From: an uncultured Armatimonadetes bacterium
GTDB taxonomy: Bacteria; Armatimonadota; Hebobacteria; Hebobacterales; Hebobacteraceae
Reading direction: 5' to 3'
Length of the DNA: 64,000 nt
Assembly: GCA_963716175.1 (NCBI GenBank)
Contig: OY970296.1
Coordinates: 2,432,001-2,496,000 of the forward strand
In this document: piece after piece, positions 52,547-61,836 of the stretch
How positions within the stretch are numbered: the stretch's first letter is position 1
Layout of the letters: each line of letters starts with the position of its first letter
Position numbers and translations under genes: made by a program
Notes under the pieces: generated by a model
What the model was told of the DNA's origin: nothing
Seen by the model: the letters and a program-made list of their open reading frames with translations, nothing else
Database searches by the model: none

Positions 52547-54067
52547 CTAGGCCTGCTTCTTTCTCTCTGCGCTGTAGGCAGCCAAGGCCGCCACCAGTCC
52601 CGGGATGGTATGCTCCTGGGCCTCGATATCCACCTGCAGCCCGGCCTCGCACGCGGCCTGAGAGGTGATCGGTCCGATGGAGGCGATAGTATAGCGGGCA
52701 AGAGTCCCTGTGCTCGCGAGACGGGTTAGCTGCCGCACGGTCGAGGCGCTCGTCAATGTGATCACATCCACCTCGCCCGCTTCCAGGGCCGTAGCCAGCC
52801 AGCGCGAGCCCTCTTCGTCTGGCAGCGTGCGATAGATACTCAGGACTTCGACGGCCGCTCCTCTTTCCCGCAGCAGCCTGGGGAGGACTTCCCTCGCCTC
52901 CTCTGCCCGCGCCAGCAGGATGCGAGTGCCCGCCGAGACCTCCGGAAGCTCAGCGGCGAGAGACTCGGCCACCGACCGGGAGGGGACGAAGTCCACCACC
53001 AGCTCGCGCTGCTTCAACTCAGCCGCGGTCCCAGGACCCATGGCCCCTATGCGCGCGCCCGCCAGGCACCGCCAGTCCAGGCCGGCCTGCTGGATCAGCT
53101 TGCCGAAATGGCTGACCCCGTTCGCCGAGGTGAACAGCACCCAGCTCCAAGTCTGCTCACACAGGGCCTGCAGTCGCGCCGCATCAACCGCGACCGGCTC
53201 GGTGCGAATCAAGGAGCAGACCACCGGCTCGGCCCCGGCCGCCCGTAGCCGGTCGGAGAGCGCGCTTGCTTGCTGTCGGGGCCGGGTCACCAACACGCGC
53301 AGGCCCCGCAGCGGCCGTGGCTCGAACCAGTTCAGCCGCCGCGCCATCGTCACCACTTCGCCCACCACCAGAATTGCCGGCGCGGCAAAGGCACGCCGCT
53401 CCGCCTCCGCGGCGATCTGTGCGAGCGTGGAAACGATGGTCTGCTGCCGGCCCGTAGTCCCCCAGCGGATCAAGGCCGAGGGCGTGATAGCCTCGCGTCC
53501 GCCACTCAGCAGCTCCCGCGTGATCTCTTTCAGGTTCTTCACCCCCATCAGCACCACCAGGGTATCCGCCGCGCGGGCCAGGCGCTGCCAGTTCACGCGG
53601 GTGCCTTCCCCTTCGCCCTCTTCGTGTCCGGTGACGATGGCCAAGCTGGACGCCGCGCGCCGATCGGTCACCGGGATGCCCGCGTAGGCCGGAACCGCTA
53701 CCGCTGACGTGACGCCCGGCACGACCTCGAAGCTCACGCCCTGCTCGACCAAGTGATCCGCCTCTTCGCCGCCGCGGCCGAAGAGAAACGGGTCGCCGCC
53801 CTTGAGCCGGCAGACCGACCGCCCGGCCTTGGCCTCCTCGACTAGCAGCCGGTTGATCTCGGTCTGGCTGAGGGCATGGTGCGAGCTGGACTTCCCGACG
53901 TAGTGCACTCGCGCGTCGGTGCGCGCTTCCAGCAGCAGTTCCGGACTGGCCAGGCGATCGTAGACGACGACGTCCGCGTCACGCAGCACCTCCAGCCCTC
54001 GCCGCGTAATCAACCCCGGGTCTCCCGGGCCCGCTCCCACCAGGTATACCGTGCCAGCCCTCAGCAT
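52547..54067 (-). CDS. cobA-hemD: Uroporphyrinogen-III C-methyltransferase / synthase fusion
   Basis: VYLVGAGPGDPGL, RLKGGDPFLFGRGGEE; then VLVTRP, FTSANGV, TSAST, SIGPIT. Confidence 0.95.
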   Translation of the reverse strand: MLRAGTVYLVGAGPGDPGLITRRGLEVLRDADVVVYDRLASPELLLEARTDARVHYVGKSSSHHALSQTEINRLLVEEAKAGRSVCRLKGGDPFLFGRGGEEADHLVEQGVSFEVVPGVTSAVAVPAYAGIPVTDRRAASSLAIVTGHEEGEGEGTRVNWQRLARAADTLVVLMGVKNLKEITRELLSGGREAITPSALIRWGTTGRQQTIVSTLAQIAAEAERRAFAAPAILVVGEVVTMARRLNWFEPRPLRGLRVLVTRPRQQASALSDRLRAAGAEPVVCSLIRTEPVAVDAARLQALCEQTWSWVLFTSANGVSHFGKLIQQAGLDWRCLAGARIGAMGPGTAAELKQRELVVDFVPSRSVAESLAAELPEVSAGTRILLARAEEAREVLPRLLRERGAAVEVLSIYRTLPDEEGSRWLATALEAGEVDVITLTSASTVRQLTRLASTGTLARYTIASIGPITSQAACEAGLQVDIEAQEHTIPGLVAALAAYSAERKKQA

Positions 54068-55695
54068 CTCGCGGCCGCCAGAATCTCACCGGCGCCGGCG
54101 GCCAGCATCTCCTCCGCCAGCTTCACCCCCAGCGCCTCCGCCTCCTCCGCCCGGCCCTCTACTTGCCGCCGGATCACCTGCTTCCCCGTGACCTCTGCCA
54201 CCACGCCCTGCAGTAGCAGGCGGTCGTCATCAACTGTCCCCAGCGCTCCCGCTGGGACCGTGCAGCCCGCGGCCAGCCGCGCCAGGAAAGAGCGCTCCGC
54301 AGTCGCCGCCAGTCGCGTCGGCCGGTGGTCGAGCCTGCCCGCCAGTTGTCTCATCTGGAGGTCATCCGCACGTGCCTGCACCGCCAAGGCTCCCTGTCCC
54401 GGGGCCGGCAGGCAGATCTCGAAGGGAATCAGCTCTGTGGCGCGGTCCGCCCGCCCCAGCCGCACCAGTCCCGCGTAGGCCACCACCAGCGCGTCGAACT
54501 GCCCTGCTGCCAGCTTTCGCAGCCTGGTATCCACGTTCCCTCGCACGGGCACAAAGACCAGGTCCGGGCGGAAGGCCCGTAGCTGCGCCTCCCGCCGCGG
54601 GCTGGAGGTCGCCACCCGGCAGCCTGGGGCGAGCCGGGCGAGTCCCACTCCGGTGCCGGTCACCAGCGCATCATGGGGGTCGGCCCGCTCCGGTACCGCC
54701 GCCAGCGCCAGGCCGGGCCAATCGCCGGTGGGGAGATCCTTCAGGCTGTGCACCGCGAGGTTCACGTCGCCAGCCAGCAGCGCGTGCTCGATCTCCTTCA
54801 CGAACATCCCCGTCCCTGATTCCAGGCGGGGCGCGCGGCTCGCGTCGCCCGTGGTGCGGATGACCTTCACCTCCGCGCTCACGCCCAGCCGTTCCAGCAT
54901 CGCCACTGCCAACTGCGTCTGGGCCAGAGCCAGCTTGCTCCCCCGGGTGCCTATCACGACCTGCCCGCCGCCAGCGGGTTCGGTCACGTTGGCCCATAGG
55001 CCCAGCACCCGGCGTGCCAGAGCTTCGGCCTCGTGCTCTCTGCCCGCTTCGAGCAGCGCCAGCACTTTGCCATCCAACACTTGGCGCCAACGGCGCGCCC
55101 GCTCCTCGAATGACGTCACCCGCGCGGCCAGCTCGGGGCGCAGGCGGCCCAGCAGTTGGGCCAACCGCCCATAGGCGGCCGGCACCGCGGCCTCGATCCT
55201 TTCCCGGAGGTGGCGAGCCAGGGCCGGACTGGCCCCCTGAGTGGAGATGGCAATGGCGATGGAACCGCGCTCCAGTTTGGCTGGCAAGAAGAACGTGCAC
55301 TGAGCAGGATTGTCCGCGACATTCACCGGGATGCCTGATTGGCTCGCCTCGTGGTAGACGGCCGCGTTCACCCTGGGAGCGTCGGTGGCGGCGAAGGCCA
55401 GGGTGCTCCCGCGCAGGTCGCCGAGCTGGTACTCGCGCGCAAGGTGCGTCAGTTTGGCCTGGCCGAGCAGGCTTCTGGCGGCCTCGCTGAGCTGGGGTGC
55501 GATCATGCGCACCGTCGCCCCCGCGGCCAGCAGAGAGGCGACCTTGCGCGCCGCCACCTCGCCACCACCCACCACGGTGCACAGCTCGTCGGCCAGACTG
55601 AGGAAGATGGGGAACAGCGAGTAGCGCTCCTGTGCCTCTTCGGCTCTGCTCTCGCCGCCGGGCGCGCCCACGTCCCGGTGCTCGCTATCTCTCAT
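54061..55695 (-). CDS. sirC-hemC: Precorrin-2 dehydrogenase/ferrochelatase (SirC/CysG-N) fused to hydroxymethylbilane synthase
   Basis: VVGGGEVAARK, NVAD.P..CTF, IST.GASP; then IGTRGSKLA, AVHSLKD, TSS.RR, RGNVDTR, PAPGQGAL, AGC.VP. Confidence 0.88.
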   Translation of the reverse strand: MRDSEHRDVGAPGGESRAEEAQERYSLFPIFLSLADELCTVVGGGEVAARKVASLLAAGATVRMIAPQLSEAARSLLGQAKLTHLAREYQLGDLRGSTLAFAATDAPRVNAAVYHEASQSGIPVNVADNPAQCTFFLPAKLERGSIAIAISTQGASPALARHLRERIEAAVPAAYGRLAQLLGRLRPELAARVTSFEERARRWRQVLDGKVLALLEAGREHEAEALARRVLGLWANVTEPAGGGQVVIGTRGSKLALAQTQLAVAMLERLGVSAEVKVIRTTGDASRAPRLESGTGMFVKEIEHALLAGDVNLAVHSLKDLPTGDWPGLALAAVPERADPHDALVTGTGVGLARLAPGCRVATSSPRREAQLRAFRPDLVFVPVRGNVDTRLRKLAAGQFDALVVAYAGLVRLGRADRATELIPFEICLPAPGQGALAVQARADDLQMRQLAGRLDHRPTRLAATAERSFLARLAAGCTVPAGALGTVDDDRLLLQGVVAEVTGKQVIRRQVEGRAEEAEALGVKLAEEMLAAGAGEILAAARC

Positions 55696-55714
55696 GGATG
55701 ATTCTTCCGCGGCC

Positions 55715-57148
55715 TCACTTCTGCGCGCCTCGGCGCGCCGCTTCCAGATCGGCCGCGATATCCGGGGGGGCCGCGGGCAGCAGCACGCGAAAGGTAGTGC
55801 CCGCGCCCACTTCACTCTCCATCGCCACCTCTCCCCCCTGCGCGCTTACGATGGCTTGGACGATGGACAGCCCCAGCCCGGTCCCCTCCTTGCCGCTTTC
55901 TCGGGCATTGCTGGCCCGGTAGAACTCCTCGAAAATCCGTTCCTTCTCGGCCGCAGGGATCCCGATCCCGGTATCGGAGACGGAGATCTCGACCCGGTCG
56001 CCCTTCCGGTCTATCACCACCCTGACCTTGCCTCCCGCCGGGGTGTACTTGACGGCGTTCGAGATCAAGTTCTCCAACAGATCGCTGATTGACTCCGGGT
56101 CGCCCACGATGGGCGAAACCTGGGCCCCCACCTTGGACTCCAACGAGACCGAATTGGATGCGGCCTGGGGCCGGAAGTCGTTCTCGACATTGGCCAGGAT
56201 CTCGGCCAGGTCCATCGGCTGGCGATGGGCCAGGGGCGATGTCTCCTGGGCCCGCGACAGCGCCAGCAGGTCTCGGGCCAGGTCCAGCATATTGCGCACC
56301 CGCTCTCCCGCGCGCACTATCATCTCGTGCGACTTCTCGTTGAGCGGCCCCGTGCGCCCCTCCGACACCACGGCGAGCATCCTCTCCAGCGCCGCCAGCG
56401 GGGAACGGAGATGGTGGGCCACTCGGTGCAGGTACTCAGATTTCCCCCGCTCCAGGCGGGAGAGCTCCTCGTAGGCACGCTCCAGGTCAGCGGTGTGCTC
56501 CTGCAGCGACTGGGAGAGACGCACCACTTCACCCTCCCGCCGTCGCAGTTGCGCCGTGATCGAGGTCGCCATGAAGGCGGTGAACGTGAGCATGCTGCCC
56601 ACCACGAGGAGAATGGCGAAAACATAGGTGGGGCTGCGGTAATGCTCACTCCCCGTGAATCCTACCAGGTGATAGTGGGCGATCCGGCCCGTGGCCTCCA
56701 GCCCGGCCATCAGAGAGACCAGGCCCAGCGCCAGCACGGTGTGCGCATAGGTAGCGCGGCGGGAGAGCAGAATGCTGGCGATCACAATGTGAAAGACGTA
56801 GTAGCAGACCAGTGGATTCTCGATGCCACCTGCGAAGTGCAGCAGCGCGGTCAAGAATAGCAGGTCCACCCCGATCTGGAGGTTGGCGAAGGCCTTCAGC
56901 AGAAAGGGCCTGGCCGCGAAGGGCAGCCGGTAGCTGGCCACCCAGAGCACGAGGTTGTAGCCGGCCAGACCCACGGTGATCAGGTAGAGCGGCCGCTCGG
57001 CCAAGGGCACTCCCACCAGCCTGGGCACCGACCAGACCACCACCGTCACGCCCGCGGCCGCGGCCCACCGCAGGCGGACCAGCCACCAGATCCGCTCCCT
57101 CAACTCCTCCGTCTGGGAATCGCCTTGCACTCCGAGCTGCGCCCGCAT
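55715..57148 (-). CDS. Membrane sensor histidine kinase
   Basis: WL..LRW multi-TM N-terminus; AHHLRSPL H-box; NLISNAVKY; DTGIGI; GTGLGL. Confidence 0.92.
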   Translation of the reverse strand: MRAQLGVQGDSQTEELRERIWWLVRLRWAAAAGVTVVVWSVPRLVGVPLAERPLYLITVGLAGYNLVLWVASYRLPFAARPFLLKAFANLQIGVDLLFLTALLHFAGGIENPLVCYYVFHIVIASILLSRRATYAHTVLALGLVSLMAGLEATGRIAHYHLVGFTGSEHYRSPTYVFAILLVVGSMLTFTAFMATSITAQLRRREGEVVRLSQSLQEHTADLERAYEELSRLERGKSEYLHRVAHHLRSPLAALERMLAVVSEGRTGPLNEKSHEMIVRAGERVRNMLDLARDLLALSRAQETSPLAHRQPMDLAEILANVENDFRPQAASNSVSLESKVGAQVSPIVGDPESISDLLENLISNAVKYTPAGGKVRVVIDRKGDRVEISVSDTGIGIPAAEKERIFEEFYRASNARESGKEGTGLGLSIVQAIVSAQGGEVAMESEVGAGTTFRVLLPAAPPDIAADLEAARRGAQK

Positions 57149-57250
57149 AACGGTCCGGGCCCCCCAGCTCACGCGCCCACCGCCGCCGTCCCGGTCTCGC
57201 CGCGGCGGCTAGGTCGCCGGGACCTCCGTGGCGGCCGAAGGCCCAGCCAG

Positions 57251-57685
57251 CTACGGGGTATCCCCTTCTTCCAGCAGGCGCTTGATATTCGCCAGCAGGT
57301 CTGCAGAGGAGGCTGTCTTGTCCAGGAAAGCCTGCACCGGGAGATACTCGTAGGGCCCATAGGCGGTATCGCCTTCCTCCGGGCGGAACTTGAGCCCGGT
57401 CTTCTTCTGAATCGCGGTCAGCACGATGATGGGCAGCTCTCGACAGGCCGGATCGGGGTCCTTGCGCAGATCCCACACGAAGTGGAATCCCTCCGTGCCG
57501 GTTGGCATCATGACATCCAGAATCACCAGGTCGGGCTTCTCGGCGTGCACGGCCTCCAGGGCGGCCTGGGCGTCAGCGGCCACCCGCGTGGCGTAGCCCT
57601 CGTCGTCGAGCAGGATCTTGAGCGCATCGGCCGCATCCGGGTCGTCCTCCACGATCAGAATCCTCTTGCCAGCAGCATCTCCCAT
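57251..57685 (-). CDS. Single-domain response regulator (receiver)
   Basis: ILIVEDD, PDLVILDVMMP, IIVLT, FLDK. Confidence 0.9.
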   Translation of the reverse strand: MGDAAGKRILIVEDDPDAADALKILLDDEGYATRVAADAQAALEAVHAEKPDLVILDVMMPTGTEGFHFVWDLRKDPDPACRELPIIVLTAIQKKTGLKFRPEEGDTAYGPYEYLPVQAFLDKTASSADLLANIKRLLEEGDTP

Positions 57686-57834
57686 CGCCTTCCTCCTTAG
57701 AGTCTCTAACAGAACCCGGTATCAGGCTATATCGAAGCCACCGGAACTGCGCTCAGCGCACGCTAGCCGGGTTTTGATCCAGCCTCTTAGCAGCTATCAC
57801 AGCACTCCCGACACAGGCTCCACCAAGATCGGCC

Positions 57835-60486
57835 TCAGTTGCGAGCTGCATGGGCCAAGCAGCGCCACACCATTGTCGGCATCCAGCCCAGATTCTCCCA
57901 GCGCAGCACCACCTCCCGATAGGTGGTGCGCCCCGATATGCAGTCGAACAGAGCTTGGCGCAGCGCAGGCCGGCGCGCCGCCTCCTCGACGAACGGGTCC
58001 AGCAGGTCGTGCTTCGAGGTCACGATCACAAGCCAGCGAACCAGCCGGCCGAACCACACGTCGCGCGCCAGATGCTGCTGTTGCTGCGCCAGTCGGGCGA
58101 ATGCCTCTCGCGATATCCCCTCGCCCAGCATGGTTGCCGCGCACTGTTGTCCGCCCTCCAAGGCGCTGTTGATGCCCTTCCCTTTGAAGGGCCGCACTAG
58201 CCCCGCGGCGTCGCCAATCAGCACATAGCGGTCTCCATACCAGCCCCGCGCCGGCCCCAGTGGGAAAGCACCCTTGAAGCTGCCGCGCACATCAGGCGCC
58301 GCCGGCAGCAGCCTGGCCACCTGGGGCTGCCGCAGGAACTCCTCCATGTGCGCCGACCTCAGGCGGGCGCCAGCAATCACCACCACGATGTGATTCCCCT
58401 TCGGGATCAAGGCTCCGAAGTCCACCTCCCGCTGCTCAGGCAGGAACACGTGAATGCAGTCGTCCAGCAGGTGCGGGATGAACTCCAGCCCGGCCGGATG
58501 GATCTTGCAGGCCAGCGTCTCCAGTGACCGGGGCGGCCGGTAACGGCTGGATCGGGCAAAGGCTCGGCCCATGCCTTCGTCCAGGGCGAAAGCCCCGACC
58601 ACCGCGTCTCCATCGAAGCTGCCGCCCTCGGTATAGACCACTACACCCCCTGGCTGTATCTCCACATTCGTGGCCCGAGCGTGCACCACCTGCGCTCCCC
58701 TGGCCTCCGCCTGCTCCAGCAGCAAGAGGTCCAGCTCTACCCGTCGGAGAGCGAACGGTTGCTCGCCCAGCTCCTCACCGCTCAGATAGGTGCTATGTTT
58801 CCGGCCATACAGCACATAACCTGCTATCTGGCGCTGCAGCAGTGTCGGGGGGAGAGCAATGCCCAGGCCCTGGGAGATCAGCTCCGTCCCGGGGGGAGAG
58901 AGCACCCCCGCGCACTGGTTCTGGTGCTCCCCGAAGCGTTTCCCCTCAATTACCACTATCCCCGGCCTCTGCCCTGAGCGCTCGCCCTCGCGCGCCAGCG
59001 CGATCGCGCAGGCGCTCCCAGCCGGGCCTCCGCCGATGATGATCACGGTCTGCCCCGTGCGCAGGGGCCCCAGCCCCGACGTGGCCGTCATGCTCGCCGC
59101 CTGTGTTCGGGTGCGGGCAAGGTCAGCCTGGCCCCGCGGCCCCGTTGCCCCGACCCCCAGCATGTGTCTGGCCGCCACCGAGGCCAGCGCCTTCGCCAGC
59201 CGGAGCTGCGCCCGCGCCTGCAGTCCCCTCCCCAGGATCCGGCGGTAGGGGATGCTGCCCGTGAACATACCCCACAGCGCGGCCGTCAGCGGCTTGCTGC
59301 GCCCCCGCCACTGCTGCTCCGCCCGCGCCGCTTCGAGCAGCGCCCGCGACATGGTGGGAGAACGTGATCCCAGGTCCTGCAGCCCTAGCAGGAAGCGGCC
59401 GTAAGTGTTGTCCCGCGGGTAGGTCCGGCGGCAGACCCGCAGATAGGTCCGGCTGAGGTGCGCCCGTGTCGGCTCCTCCGCGAGCAGAGCTTCGGCCGCC
59501 CACATCGCGGTGTAGAAGCTGGACTCGATCCCGTTCTTGAGGTAGCGAGAGACCTTCGCGTCTCCGATCACCACCAACCAATCATAGGCCGGACCTCGGG
59601 CCGGCGATACCGGCAGCCGCGGGGCGCACGAGCAGTACTCGTCCGGTGGCCTCCAGTCGGGCGGGAAGTGGGCTCTGACCTCGGGCGCGGCCAGCACCTG
59701 CTCCATCTGCTCCCGGCCCGGGTTGTCGCCGATCAGGGTTACCGTGACGTGCTGCCGCTTCGGCGTCACTGCCGCGAATCGGATCCTGGGCCACCCCATA
59801 GCGAAGATCAGCACACGGTTGCGCATCCGTTCCTGGATGAAGGCCCGTTCCAGGGGGATCTCCGCCTGCCGAGCTCGCGTGGTGTGCGGCGCGCGGTAGC
59901 CCACCGCCAGGCGTTCGAAGACGTTGACCAGATTGCTGTTGACGCCAAAGGCACCGACCACCAGGTCGGCTTCATAGGACGAGCCATCACGGCAGAGAAT
60001 GCCGAAAGGCTCTCCCTCCCCTCCCGGCAGCCGCACATCTGTGACCAGCTTACCGATATGCTGTGCTCCCTGCCGCTCGGCTTCGCCCATCAGGAACCAG
60101 TCGAAACCTTCCCGGGCCGCGGGATACATGCCCAGGGGGCCGGGTCCCCGGAAGGTGGCGTACATGGAAGTGCCCGGCGGCGTCGGGATATCGAGCGCGC
60201 CGGCACGTGTCTGCAGCAGATAGCCCTCGATCCGCCGCTGGATCACGTGCTCGGGCACGTCCATGCCCAGCGCCCGCATATTCCTGATCAGCGAGTCGGG
60301 GATAATGCCCGCGCACATGTTGCAGCCTGCCGGGCCGGGCTGCTCGAAGCTCTTGTGGTCGAAGACAAGCACTTCCAGCTCCCGGCCGGCCACGCGTGCC
60401 AGCCGACAGAGCCAGATGGCGCAGAAGGCCCCGGCCGGCCCTCCCCCCAGAATCCCCACACGCCGCGGCTGCTCCTGTTGGCTCAT
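57835..60486 (-). CDS. Tandem two-module FAD-dependent oxidoreductase (geranylgeranyl reductase-like)
   Basis: Two GGGPAG Rossmann motifs, two N.CAG, two VVGAF, two PK..H and two IGDA.....K.GI motifs. Confidence 0.8.
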   Translation of the reverse strand: MSQQEQPRRVGILGGGPAGAFCAIWLCRLARVAGRELEVLVFDHKSFEQPGPAGCNMCAGIIPDSLIRNMRALGMDVPEHVIQRRIEGYLLQTRAGALDIPTPPGTSMYATFRGPGPLGMYPAAREGFDWFLMGEAERQGAQHIGKLVTDVRLPGGEGEPFGILCRDGSSYEADLVVGAFGVNSNLVNVFERLAVGYRAPHTTRARQAEIPLERAFIQERMRNRVLIFAMGWPRIRFAAVTPKRQHVTVTLIGDNPGREQMEQVLAAPEVRAHFPPDWRPPDEYCSCAPRLPVSPARGPAYDWLVVIGDAKVSRYLKNGIESSFYTAMWAAEALLAEEPTRAHLSRTYLRVCRRTYPRDNTYGRFLLGLQDLGSRSPTMSRALLEAARAEQQWRGRSKPLTAALWGMFTGSIPYRRILGRGLQARAQLRLAKALASVAARHMLGVGATGPRGQADLARTRTQAASMTATSGLGPLRTGQTVIIIGGGPAGSACAIALAREGERSGQRPGIVVIEGKRFGEHQNQCAGVLSPPGTELISQGLGIALPPTLLQRQIAGYVLYGRKHSTYLSGEELGEQPFALRRVELDLLLLEQAEARGAQVVHARATNVEIQPGGVVVYTEGGSFDGDAVVGAFALDEGMGRAFARSSRYRPPRSLETLACKIHPAGLEFIPHLLDDCIHVFLPEQREVDFGALIPKGNHIVVVIAGARLRSAHMEEFLRQPQVARLLPAAPDVRGSFKGAFPLGPARGWYGDRYVLIGDAAGLVRPFKGKGINSALEGGQQCAATMLGEGISREAFARLAQQQQHLARDVWFGRLVRWLVIVTSKHDLLDPFVEEAARRPALRQALFDCISGRTTYREVVLRWENLGWMPTMVWRCLAHAARN

Positions 60487-60490
60487 GCGC

Positions 60491-61539
60491 TCACGTCCCC
60501 CAAGCTCCGCCGCCTCCGGTTCGCAGCACGCACCAGGGGTCTTCGGCCAGGTAATCCCCATCCGAGGCATAGTAGGCGCGAGCGCGGCAGCCGAAGCAGG
60601 TCCTTCCCCAGCGACAGCGCCCGCACGCGCCCTTCAGATGTCCCTCGCGCAGCCGCTGGAAGGCCTCTGCTTTCGCCCAGATTTCCGACAGGGTCTGCTC
60701 GTGCACATTGCCCGCGCGCACGGGCAGATAAGGGCAGGGCTGCACCTCACCTGTGGGTGTGATCACGCAGTAGCTGCGGCCCGCCAGGCAGCCAGCCTGA
60801 TAGCCACTGTCCAGGCCCAGGCGGTCGGCGATGCGCACGAACTGGGGGGCGCACGTAGGCTTGATCTCCAGTTCGCCCTGCGCCTGCCTCTTGAGCAGCG
60901 CCTCCAGCAGCTTCTCGCAGCGCTCGGCCTCCACCATGTCCTGGGCGATCTCCTTGCCCCGGCCGGTTGGCACCAGGAAGAACACGTGGTGGCCCGCGGC
61001 CCCGAGTTCCAGGGCGAGATCGGTGATCCGCAGCACTTGCTCCTGGTTCTGGCGGGTGACAGTGGTGTTGACCTGGAAGGGGAGCCCGACCTCCCGGCAA
61101 GCCCGCATCCCGGCCACCGCTTCCTCCCAGGCCGTCGGAGAACCCCGGAGCGCGTTGTGGTATGCGGGGTCGGTGCTGTCCAGCGAGACGCCGGCTCGCG
61201 CCAGGCCCCGCTCTTCAGGTTGGCTGCAACCTCATCGGTGATCAGGGTGCCGTTGGTCCCCAGCCCTGGCCTCAGGCCCAGGTCCCTGGCCGCGCGGATC
61301 AGATGGTAGAGGTCCCGGCGAAGCAGCGGCTCTCCCCCTGACAGGATCAGCACGCGGAAGCCGATGCCGGCGATCTCCTCGATCAGCCCCAGACCCTCTT
61401 CCGTGGTCAGCTCTCCCGGATCGGGGCGCTCCCGCGCGTCCCGGTAGCAGTGCGAGCAGGTGAGATTGCACTGCCGGGTGATGTTCCACGACACCAGTGA
61501 AGGCCGCAGGCTGTTTTCTCTCTGGGTCCCGCTGTCCAA
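60491..61539 (-). CDS. Radical SAM/SPASM protein, AhbD/NirJ2-like (frameshift near 61208)
   Basis: WNIT..CNLTCSHCY, SGGEPL, FFLVPTGRG, KPTCAPQF, GCLAG...CPY, CGRC....CFGCRARA; adding one base at AGC-GG-GGC joins the frames. Confidence 0.85.
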
Positions 61540-61836
61540 GTCCTACTGCCTCTCCAACTCTCTGTTCTGTCAGCGATGCCCGCTTGCCTGGGGCGGCCTG
61601 GGCCGATTTGTACTGCCGCAGAGACGGCGCAGCCAACCGCGCAAGGCTGCACTACTCCGAGCATCCCCCGGCGCTACTACCGCGAAACGCCGCGACTTCG
61701 CGCCCCGCGCTTCCCCTCCGTCGGGATGCGGCCGGAGAGGAGGGATCAAGGCTCCGCAAAGAGAATCCCGCCAAGGCTGTCCTCCGGGGCGACCCTCAGC
61801 GATCATCCCGGCAAGCCAATCAGAGTGAGGTGCGCT

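Noticed and set aside
61540-61836. Riboswitch upstream of the heme cluster
   Set aside because: GC-rich hairpins are present but I could not recognise cobalamin or other riboswitch consensus; an Rfam scan would settle it.
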